Source: Perkinsus chesapeaki ATCC PRA-425 (Eukaryota > Protista > Perkinsozoa). Taken from it: DNA of 59,037 nucleotides. A program made the translations under genes and the position numbers. The notes beneath the pieces were generated by a model, which was given only the letters and a program-made list of their open reading frames with translations, ran no database searches and was not told the DNA's origin. Below are positions 1-10,194 of this stretch, in pieces (position 1 is the first letter of the stretch; the number at the start of each line of letters is the position of its first letter). The stretch covers positions 1 to 59,037 of the forward strand of contig JAAPAO010000166.1 of the NCBI GenBank assembly GCA_013115145.1, written 5' to 3'.

Positions 1-2502
1 GTATCAACTAAGCCTACCTTACACCTTACATCTTACGAAGACTTGAGTTCTCACACAGAGCAACAAGAACATTAAACTGTTGATTGATGGTAATGTTAGA
101 GAAGGTATAAGGAGGCGTTACAATAAAGAAGGGATAACCTTTGAACGTAAGTGGAGATATGGAGTAGTGATCTCTATACTTTATTAACTAACACATATGT
201 GTGTTTAACGTCTACCATATACGTTGATAAGGGAAAGGAGCGGTATGAACGTGTGTTTATCGTTATCGACTCGTCTCAGATTCGTCAGTTGTTAATTACA
301 AGGAATGCATTATGACTTGGGTAACCCAATGGGTCGGTCTTAGTACTAACAAACAACGTATGATTATGAGATTGCAATCTGTAATGTTCCTCCTCAGTAA
401 CCTCCTCCCCAGTTGCTCTTATCCTTGTTGGATTCGTTCCGAGGATACAAACAAATACCTGTCTTCGCTGCTGCAGTGTGGCATATTGTTATGATAATGA
501 AGACGTGAATGAGGCCCTCGCAGAGGTAGATTCTCTCCCCCCTTCTACAACCATCAGACCATCTCTGTCAGGTTAAGCTATCTTTGCCAACAGGTCTCTT
601 GGTCCTAGGAATAATCGACCTGCTTCCCCAGGACCAGAAGCCTTCTCTAAGGCCTACCGACTTGCCGGTATCTGGCTCCGTGGAGGTTACATCTGCAGGG
701 GAAGTCTCTTCATTTAAAATCCTTATAAACGGCGAACCTGCTATCACTGAGTTTCGGGACAACATGGACGTGCTTATGCGGAAGGAGTACGCCTTTTAGT
801 GAGAATGAGTTATCTTAAGCAACCTGTCAGACTGTTGGAAGTTGTATTGCTGCCTGACACGCCAGAGGCATCCCAGACGCCGAAACACAACCAGAGAGAC
901 ATGATAAGAGCGCTCGACCAATTGCAAACCGAGGGACAGGTTACAGCAAACGGAGGCGAGGCAAGAAACATGGAAGAGGGTTTTCGCGGTGAAATCGATT
1001 AGTTTAGGATATATCGTTTATGAGTTCAGAAGGTTGTGATTCGAAGCTGACCGTGAGAAAATGGGCTGGCGGGCTGCCTTGTCGAGCAGGATACGAAGAC
1101 AAGAGATGTGTGTATGTGAGAGCGGTTGAACGGCTGAGGTCAGTTTGGTAGGGGATGACCTTTCGATAAGCTCCGCTCAGAGGCACATTCCCACTCGCTG
1201 CTAGCGTATGTTATTGCTACTGGGGGGATCCGGCGCACCAAGCGATCGGTCCATCCTTGCTAGAAACACTACAGAGGGCAACGAAAGGCATCGGCAGTGT
1301 CTCCAGCTCTGTGTCAGTATACAAGCCACGGGGCCTTGGGCATTATCTTTGTGTGGTTGATGCTGATATCAGCATGCTCTACAGAGAGAGACTGGCCCGA
1401 CTTTGGGGATGTACAAGTGAAGAATTCGATTATAAGTCTGAAGGCGAGAAATCGTGTTGCATTCATGGTTCCCATTTCAGGCATGCCATCCGCAAAGCGC
1501 CTGATTATTTGGAGAATCCACTATATCTGCTGCCTGATGCAGATCTACCTGATGTCGACTCCGATGGACACCTCCTATGTTCAGGACCCTTCGAGTGAGG
1601 CTCTGAAAACTTCAACTTGAAATAGAGCTGGATTCTTCGCGTCGCGAAGTTAATTCTAATAGTATGTTCTATTAATTAGTTAGTTAATTCTATTAATTCT
1701 TAATTCTAATAGTCGCGACTATTAGAATTAATTAAAAGTTCCCAATGCAGGAATGCACGACAAATTTCATAGTAGATACGTTCGTAGTGGAATACATTCC
1801 CGCTAGGAGAATGCCCTTCTAATAATAGAAGTTCTCAAGTCCCCAGTCTCGAGCTCTGCTGCCAACGCTCGGCCTTCTCTCTCAGCTACTTTCACACGGC
1901 AGAGGATAAGGTCTGGGGAATCGGACATCGAGCCGCTCAGATGATATTGTCTTGGTATCGGCGCCATGGGTGAGTTTGTTTGTCCAATCAGAGAGCTATA
2001 TCGTTCATCAGTACACTACGAGCGGTACCGTGCCTGAATGAGATCGAGGAAGTCCTACATAAGGTTGATCCTCAGAGACTCGAGCATAGTCCAATTGGTA
2101 GGCAGTCCCGATAAGGCCGATCACCTTGTTAGGTTGTCCTTAGGATCTATCGAGATACTTCAATTGATAACTAACTACACTGGCAAGCAGTCTCGGCTTT
2201 TACACGTCCCTGACGCCAAGAAGGTCAGCGAATTGGGCCCACAGCTACGCCAACACTTCAGTGCACCTGATGCACCTCCAGTCTACATCGGCTCCGGCGG
2301 CCGCTCGTGTGTTGTTGCTGGAGTAGACCTTGTGCCAAGTTCGTACCGTGTTCGGCGGTTTTTAGTAGTGGATCCCCGGTACACGAGCGGTGATGCCAGT
2401 GGCAAGGATTTGATCAGAAAAGGACTCCTTGGTTGGAAAGGAGCTGATTACTGGACAAACAGCGGGCAAAAGTTTGTGAATGTCCTTCTACCATCAACAT
2501 GA
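1..2502 (+). CDS. UFSP2: Ufm1-specific peptidase 2-like (peptidase C78), multi-exon, 5' end outside window; catalytic residues substituted
   Basis: Splicing GA|gtgag (~1595) to ctcag|C (1886) gives GPFDYFHTAEDKVWGIGHRAAQMILSWYRRHG, aligning to UFSP2 [34 protein letters not shown]. The last exon LGSIEI...QHFS...PVYIGSG...FLVVDPRYT...KGLLGWKGADYW...NVLLP aligns to IGSIEV...NHFQ...PVMIGGG...FLILDPHYT...KGWCGWKGPDFW...NLCLP. Upstream exons (584-799, 1257-1594) would form the N-terminal domain. Confidence 0.85.
1700..1731. repeat. Perfect 32-bp palindrome in an AT-rich UFSP intron
   Basis: TTAATTCTAATAGTCGCGACTATTAGAATTAA is its own reverse complement. The arm TAATTCTAATAGT also occurs at 1651. 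Confidence 0.95.
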
Positions 2503-3079
2503 ATTTTCCTGTTTCTTTCAACTTTCATTTTGGTGTTGAGTGAGTTCGTCAGGTGTTACTCGCTCCTAACTTTACACATTGCAATCTCACATGCTCGGTA
2601 TGAGGTATTGAAATACCATCGAGCACAAGAGTTGCATGAAACCTTGATCCATACGTGAAGCCAAGATTCATAATTCATAGAGTTGCCGTGCACTTGTGGT
2701 TATTTAGTACTGAATCAAACCACGAATAACGATTTTCGTAGTACGCAGAATACTTCTACTGGAATAGCTCCCCTCGTGTTACTCATTCTTAACCAAACCA
2801 TCCCGGTATGCGTTTGAGGAATTGAAACTCGAGATGAGTAACGCGGGGTAATTCACCTGGTTAGTGCTAGTGCCTTTATGGTTATACAAAGTCAGCAGTC
2901 TCGAGGTATCGAGTGTTGTTCGGAGGGAAGTGAATATCTCGTCCGGGCAATACCTCTTTTGGCGAACACAAGAGCCAGAAAGTGGGAGATAAAAATCCCT
3001 ATTACTATGTTAGCAAGTAGCGACATGAAAATATAATGAATATGAAAACAATACGAATACAATTTGACAATCTAGTATG

Positions 3080-3568
3080 CTACAGTTGAGCATATCCAAT
3101 ATTTGATAAGTTGGCCACGTGATCGCCAATGTCTGAGGATGACTTGTAAGTGCCAGGAATAGATTCCTTCTTTATCATCAAATGCCTTGATTCTTCCAGT
3201 ACGGCCAGTACGTTACCTTCAGAAGTAACTTTGAAGTAAGTGAAATCGAGTAGTTTGAAATCACGACCGGGGCAGTAAAGATTCAAGTGAAATATCATTT
3301 CAACGAACCAATAGTCGAACGTCTCCTTGATCCGGAATCCTTTTTGGTCTGCGTCCCTCACCAAAGCGAGGTAACCTGTGCTATTTGAGAAAGGCTTGTT
3401 GACATCGCATCTCACACTGCTGAGAACTGTAGGGCTCGGTTCATCATTCTTAAAGTAACACATAGCTTCAACATAAGGGCCTTCCATTACCCCTCTGTAT
3501 AATCCCTCAGGGAAGTTCCAAGAACGAACCATACTGAGGAGAGTGATTAACAGAGCAGATGATAGCAT
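3080..3568 (-). CDS. Secreted hypothetical protein (lineage-specific family); may continue by splicing toward ~2700
   Basis: ORF with signal peptide MLSSALLITLLSMVRS followed by a Cys-containing beta-rich sequence (PEGLYRG...CYF...C...C). No recognised domain. Confidence 0.65.
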   Translation of the reverse strand: MLSSALLITLLSMVRSWNFPEGLYRGVMEGPYVEAMCYFKNDEPSPTVLSSVRCDVNKPFSNSTGYLALVRDADQKGFRIKETFDYWFVEMIFHLNLYCPGRDFKLLDFTYFKVTSEGNVLAVLEESRHLMIKKESIPGTYKSSSDIGDHVANLSNIGYAQL

Positions 3569-5304
3569 GTATTGGTTCGAGAAACTCAACTTCCAAAATT
3601 GTGAGCGAACTAAGACGAAACGAAGTGGTTATCCAATTGATTCACTGTAACATGCTCGACGATAACTATATCATGCGTCGTCTTTTCATTGTTGGAAAAA
3701 ACGAACGTAGTCGGCTACTCAAGTTGCTGAGGAAGAAACCAGATTTGAGGAAGCCTGCGAGCTTGTAGGGAGCCTGGCAGGCAGCCCCAGCCTGCTGCCG
3801 GCGGGCTTCCCACAAGCTTTCAGGATTCCTCATATAAAAATACCTGTGTATTTTACACTGACACACTTGTGAGCTATCCCACACATCCATGTCACGACAG
3901 GAAATACAGATACACTATGATTGTCGAAGTTTTCTATGCTACAGGCTACTGGCAGGAATACACATTCACCTGAATTCCCTGCCTGCAAACAAACCTGACG
4001 GCCCTGCGGGCTCCGCGCCAGCGCCGCGTTTACACAGGGCATGTTGTGACTCACGACATCTTGACTCGCGATTCTGTAGCAATCCATATCAAGAGGATAG
4101 GACTCCGATCATTGAAGAATACACCATTGCTAGATTTAGCCGCAACACCGCCCTTAAAGAATGTTCCAACCCCCCATCAAAAGAGCTCCTCCGTTTTTAT
4201 CACTGTGTTGCACAGCCAATGCAAAAAGATAATCTCGAGTGACACATTGACAATGCCCATTCTGGAAATCCAGTCAGAGCCGGCCCACCTGCGGGACTAC
4301 CGCAGCGGAAACCATTAGTTCACTCTATGTTCGGCAAGAGGCCTCGGGCCGATGAGTCCACTCTCGAAAGTTCCACCCAGAAGCAAGACGAGCACAATTG
4401 TCTCCCGTCTGGAAATTTCTTCCCGACAAACCCCTGCATGTTGTGATTTCACACCAGACTCTGTACAAGCGTCTCGCTCATTGAGCTCCCCTTCTCAACA
4501 GGTTGCGGTACCACGATCGTCTTTCTCCATAGTCATCATCGACGGTGCTCAACCCCGCCGTTCCCCACAGAGATCCACCTGGCGCGGCAGCTCCGCTTCC
4601 TTCGACCAATCCTTCCGGTGTCAGTTCATATAGGGCTCCTCTATACCCGGTGTCAAGCTCACGTTATTTGGAACAGATCTTGGCAGAGCTGGCCTCCATC
4701 AAAGCCTCAGTCACTGAGGTGCTAGAAGTGAAGGCCGGTAAACGTGCAAAGAGCGACTTCATGTCATGTAGATTCGTCTTGCCACATAATTCTGTGAAAG
4801 CTAGACTCAATCTAGTAGATTGTGCATTTCTATTTGGACCCAGGAGGTAACTGTTGTTGGAGCATATATTGTTGTCACCTTGGCTCGAGCTTGCGGTGAA
4901 AGCTCACGATTTTGTCCTTTCTATCTGGCATTTTGCCAGCAGTCGATAATACTAAGCGGTATAATGTATACCTATACATACCGATGCCTACCTTGTGCCG
5001 CTGATATTTAAGTATGTTACACGGGTATTTACAGACTGCAATTCTTTGAACTTCTGTTTGAACATCTTGTCAAAACCCGCAGCTTTCAAAACGTGTTTTT
5101 ATCAGCCATCGACTACGACCACTTATCAACAGTGTTGATTCAACACAACTGGGTGTTGCACGGATACTATTCAAGATGAGTCTGCACGCCTCCGTTGCTA
5201 TAATAAAATAATTCGCATTCACATACGCTTAGAATCAGATAGTCATAATAGGAATAAAAAATGACTATAAAGAAAATATCAGTAGCGACCAAACTGTATG
5301 GTTG

Positions 5305-6255
5305 CTAGCATTTATCCAGTCTCAGTGTGAGATTTGGTGAAGATACTAGGAAGAGCCAATCTCCATAATAGATTAGCTTGAATACGCCATTGCCGAGGGT
5401 GTCAAGGTCCTTGAAACCATCGTCCATATCGTAGAGATAGATCTCATAGCTGTAGCCATTAACTTCATATCTCGAGAGTAGGATAGTGGCGCATTTTCCT
5501 GGTATGTGCAATATCATAAACTGAGGATTGAATCTCAGCTCGAGATTCAAAATGGACTCGTTCTCTCCCTTGTAGCACCACCTTGTGTTGAAGAGGTCAG
5601 TCCTGATGGGATAGGGGACCTCGGCTCCGGGAAGTGGATCACAGTCGAGCTCACCTCCTGTACGGACAAGGTCACCTACAATCTGCCCCTCCCACACAGC
5701 AAGCATATCTTTTACGAAATAGGAGAAACGTAACGAGTTTAGAGACTTCCCGAGTTTGGCGTCGGCTACCGGATCTGAGCTCAGGACATAGACCTGATTC
5801 CCCTCGTAGAAATATTGCATGTAATAAACTTCACCATCATAAAGGAACATAAGCTTGTCACCAGCAAAACTGACCACTTCTATTGGCGTTACGCCATCAC
5901 GTCGAAGGTCACGAGAACACCACGTCCCTTGCAAGGCTTCCTCGGAAACTAAGGGCGTCGTTATGGTACAACTGGTCGTAGTTGTGGTTGTCGTTGTGGT
6001 TACAGCGGAAGATATCACAGAGTTACCACAGAGAACCACAGAACCGCTGCAAGTGCTATCATCAGCGGCCGAACATAAGGAACCATCGCCCCGCTGCAGC
6101 AGACCATGGCAGACAGCAGGGACCTTATAGGTCATGCAGTGAGAGTCGGTGCACTCGGCAACCCCACTACAGAGTGTCTTACATGAGTCAACTTCAGTAC
6201 CATATGCCAGTACAGCCAAAGAGGCTAGTAGTATCGCTGTACGAGAAGAAAGCAT
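5305..6255 (-). CDS. Secreted protein: N-terminal Cys-rich module + poly-Thr linker + C-terminal domain, intronless
   Basis: 316-aa ORF with signal peptide MLSSRTAILLASLAVLAYG, an 8-Cys module CKTLCSGVAECTDSHC...VCHGL...C...CSG...C and a TTTTTTTTT stalk. Confidence 0.85.
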   Translation of the reverse strand: MLSSRTAILLASLAVLAYGTEVDSCKTLCSGVAECTDSHCMTYKVPAVCHGLLQRGDGSLCSAADDSTCSGSVVLCGNSVISSAVTTTTTTTTTSCTITTPLVSEEALQGTWCSRDLRRDGVTPIEVVSFAGDKLMFLYDGEVYYMQYFYEGNQVYVLSSDPVADAKLGKSLNSLRFSYFVKDMLAVWEGQIVGDLVRTGGELDCDPLPGAEVPYPIRTDLFNTRWCYKGENESILNLELRFNPQFMILHIPGKCATILLSRYEVNGYSYEIYLYDMDDGFKDLDTLGNGVFKLIYYGDWLFLVSSPNLTLRLDKC

Positions 6256-6563
6256 ATTGAGAAATTACTGACAAACACACATTCGTCCGCGAAACAGCCG
6301 CATGATATCGGGCGCAGCGAGACAGACGCCGGACGAAACGGTCAGCATTTATCGTTCTTCAACACAAGAGACGCGAGAGAGGGAATCTGTACTAACACAC
6401 GGATGGATTGAAAAGGTTAATTCTCATGCAGTGAATGTGGCAACTCCCAGTACGACAGTTAAGGGAGCGAGTTGACTGTGAATAAAGCCATATCCAGGCT
6501 CAAGCTTCCGCACACAAAGTGGGTGATGCAAGTGGCTGCGACTTGGTCAGTATTAGATATGCA

Positions 6564-7001
6564 TTATTTTACGAGTCTACCATCCGGCACCGATTTGGGA
6601 TTATCGTGGCTATCCGGACATAGAAAAGGGACACCGTCGCACAAAGGATCAGAGACGTGACAGATTTGAGCGTCTTTGATGACATTAAGACCGTAACACG
6701 ATCTAGGTGACTCCCAGGTTCGACAGTAGGAACCCCAGAAGCTTGTCTTACAAGCATCTACAAGCTCACATGCGTCAGCACAAGACTTGAGACTAATAGC
6801 GCATCTAACAAGGTTCACGCCGTCTGGGCTGAGCAATCCGCTACATACCCCAGAAGGGGTGCACCAACTACTATGGCAGCCGGGACGACGCCCACAAGCT
6901 CTCTCGCATAAAGTGTTATTATAGACCATATTGGAGGTAGCCAAAAAGACGACAACGTCTTGCGATAAGAGCACCAAAATACGAAAGAGGCGGTAAACCA
7001 T
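6564..7001 (-). CDS. Secreted protein with two Cys-rich modules related to that of 5305-6255
   Basis: In-frame ATG at 7001 (MVYRLFRILVLLSQDVVVFLATS, hydrophobic leader). Modules CERAC...C..SWC...VCSGL and CADAC...C...GSYCRTWESPRSCYGL...C...CDG...C. Confidence 0.75.
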   Translation of the reverse strand: MVYRLFRILVLLSQDVVVFLATSNMVYNNTLCERACGRRPGCHSSWCTPSGVCSGLLSPDGVNLVRCAISLKSCADACELVDACKTSFWGSYCRTWESPRSCYGLNVIKDAQICHVSDPLCDGVPFLCPDSHDNPKSVPDGRLVK

Positions 7002-7558
7002 GCTACTTTGGGTAAATAAATAGTGGACACTGAAAAATACATTCACTAAGGTGCATGGCCGTAAGGAACGGAAGCCCGCACTGATGCGGCTGATGCGAAT
7101 CGATGTCTTACTCAGAACTACCAGTACAGTCTCATTTTGAATAGAAAAGTTCAACCAAAAAAGTGATTTAGCTCCAGATACTATTCTGCTAAACCGTCAT
7201 TATCAGTTATTATTCAACTAAGAGCCAACCACTGTCTTCTATAAGCATGTGTTCTGCTGGCGTTCGACAGTATATCAGTTTTACAGGACTTGCTTCCGCA
7301 GTCCCTAATACGTGCGTGGGATGGCCATGCGGTAAGACTAATGCGTCAAGGTGACCCGCAGGATCGTTACAGACGCTACCCTGGGAAGGAGTGTGTGATT
7401 CTGAAACGTGAGCGGGAAGTGCGCTAGTTGACAGCCGAACCACATTGACATGGCTACATGGCCTTACGCTTTCACGGCTTTCCCCGAATGGATGACTCCC
7501 TGGGAATTGACAAGAGAAGGCATACCATAATGCAAAGAAACGTCAGATGTGATCAATT

Positions 7559-9999
7559 CTAGTCAACTAAGGCTCGATTAGTCTCGGTATAGAAATGGAC
7601 CCAGTCATCTGTCTTGGCTAATGGTGATGGTAGACGGGAGAGCAACCACGCAATCCCTGCAGTGCTAGTCGGGGCCACTGCAATAACAGCCAACTGCAGT
7701 GATGGTGGAAGGGTCGACGTTAAGAAGGGTACAGTCACCTGGAACACGATCTAATACTGAGTGAGAAGCTGAGCTCACCCATGCGGCGACGAGCGCGGAG
7801 ATTCCGAACCCCATAAAGACCAGGCCGTAGTTTTTCTGGAAGTTGGTGGGGCCGAACAATGCCGCAGTTGCTAAAGGCATTACCACAAATGTACCTAAAC
7901 GGCAAGGCAGTCGGCGGAACAGCTGCATAGAGATAAGCTACCTCCAAGCACGAAGGCGTTCCAACACATGCCAAGGAGAAATGATGCCGGTGTTGTTGTT
8001 TGTGATAAAAACAACAACGAAGCTGCCAAGCCGATAGATACTGCTCGAAGGGAGAAAAGCGGATCAGTAGTCAGGGCACCTGTCAAACATAAAGCGTAAT
8101 TTCGAAATAAGAAGACATCTTCTGGTTACCTGTCATGACCCTACCAATAGCATTAACTACTGCCGCTAAGGACCACGTTTTAACCAACTGCAAGTCGTTC
8201 ATCCCACACAAGAGCGTTCCCATCATCTGAAACCATATACTCCGGCCGACACTGTTATGGACTTACCTTGAATGTTGACGCAATGAAGGTAATCGCCTGT
8301 GTGTTGGCCGAAAAGGCTATGACCAACAACCAGAAGTGGGGTGTCCGTAACTGCTCACACTCTTAAGCTGCCCCGTCAAGCTACAACTCACCATTCTCCT
8401 CCACGTTAGCCCGGTCTGCGTTGAACTGTTCACATGATCGCTGTTGTCTGTCGCCACCTCATCAGGTAAGACGGCAGCGGCTGTTGCTAACAGAAGAAGC
8501 ATGACTCCTCCAACGACACGCAGCATCAGCCTGAAAAGGCTCTATGACGGGTTGACTGGAAGGAACGTACGGGACTCGAATGAGAACGGCATAATTAGGA
8601 TCTTGGATGGAGAAGTCGACAGCATAGGGGTTCACAATCCGAGACTGGAGTTGAGTGAAAACAAAGCTTCCCATACCAAAGCTGGCAGCAGTTATCCCGG
8701 CATAGAGGCCTGCAACACCAATGAACAGCGGAACCCACGGTTCGAATCCACCTCGCTTAGCGTTGGGTGCAGTGTTGAAGAGCACCTGCATTGGGGCTGT
8801 ATAGCCTAAGCCGATGCCGATACCACCAAGCATACTGTAGGTAGCCAGGAAGTACCTACACACTAGATGCTAGAATCACACCTAGAGTGGCACAGAAATC
8901 GAAATGAGAAATAGAACGAGCAAGAGGAAGACATCTGAACGGTGGAAGTCGGAACATGCGTGCTGGTCACTGCTAAGTTCGAATAAACAGCACACACAAA
9001 GTGGCAGAGGATGCAATTAACAGACTACCCGTGATAGCGGTTCAATGACAGTAGAATTTGGCGCGTGATTTAATCGAAAGAGCAGAAGACCACAGCGGCG
9101 GCGGCGGCGGTCGTGATAACATACATCCCAGACAACTCACGGGAACGGATAGTCGAGCGCTATAACCAACGCTGAGAAGGCATGTGCAGCGGCGAGGAGC
9201 AGACCAGAAGTAAAGATAGCAATAGATGGTTTCATGCATGAGCCTATTGGAACTGATACTGACATTAGGAATACCTAAATAGACTCAACCCCAGTGCTGT
9301 AAAGAAAGCCGTGAGACTCACCTGTACTGCGAAGATCCACGCACCCCTTGATTGCACTTGCTGTGGTGAGTAAGTATTATCCATATCCACATAGTAACCC
9401 AATACGTAGGAGGCAACGTTACCAGAGGAGAAGAGCACCCCGAGACATAAGTGAGTGAGTACCTAACATAAAGTACGCTTCAGTGAACGCGAGATTATAT
9501 ATGTGGAAGATGGTCACTGTTAACGACAAAGCGCTGGACCGTCAAAAGATATGCACTACGAGTCTTAAGACTACCAATGATTATAAACGGCAGTAGAGGT
9601 GGAGAGGCTCCGAAGTGAAGTGGTCGATTGACAACTGATGATTTGGCAGAACGCACGAGCACATTAGGGATTCACCAAGAGCTACTTCACGACGAGATAC
9701 CGGAAAAGCTCGCTGATGAAGGGTCGCGCAGGAGTTGATGAATCACGCGTCGCTGGGCAGAAGTGAACCCATGAAGATCCAGGGGCACCCACCGTGGCAG
9801 TTACGGCTCGAGGAAGCCGACTCTCTAAGAACTTGGCACGTAACGTCTTCTTTGAGACTGGTCCACCGAAGAATGCAGCAGAGAGCACAATCATGGTGCC
9901 AAGCGCCAAGGTAATGATTGTTGTAGCCACGAGGGAGGCTCCGCCGATAGAACCTCCAGCCATCATCAACGTCACACAATCCTCACTGAAAGGTTTCAC
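7559..9999 (-). CDS. MFS transporter, oxalate:formate antiporter (OFA/MCT-like) type, multi-exon; 5' end uncertain
   Basis: Spliced segments VLTHLCLGVLFSSGNVASY, ATYSMLGGIGIGLGYTAPMQ, GLYAGITAASFGMGSFVFTQLQSRIVNP, and LGTFVVMPLATAALFGPTNFQKNYGLVFMGFG are typical OFA-family helices and motifs. Stop at 7559. Confidence 0.8.
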
Positions 10000-10194
10000 T
10001 GTCGATGTTTCAACTTGAGCTGTCTCTGGATAAGTGAATACAACACAAGCAAAGTTTCACGTTGGTGAAAATCAGTTTAAAGAAACATCACATATCTTCA
10101 CGATTTTACGAGGGTCTCCGTCGGCTCTGGATCTGAAACAATAAATAAGAAGAGATGGTCAATGAGTGGGCTTACTTGATCATTTTTATATTAT

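Noticed and set aside
3600-4850. Overlapping short plus-strand ORFs, possibly a gene or TE remnant
   Set aside because: No consistent spliced frame or recognisable domain could be assembled.
6486-6504. SL-like AGCCAT-ATCCA-GGCTCAAG
   Set aside because: Antisense to both neighbouring genes and needs an internal gap; compatible with chance.
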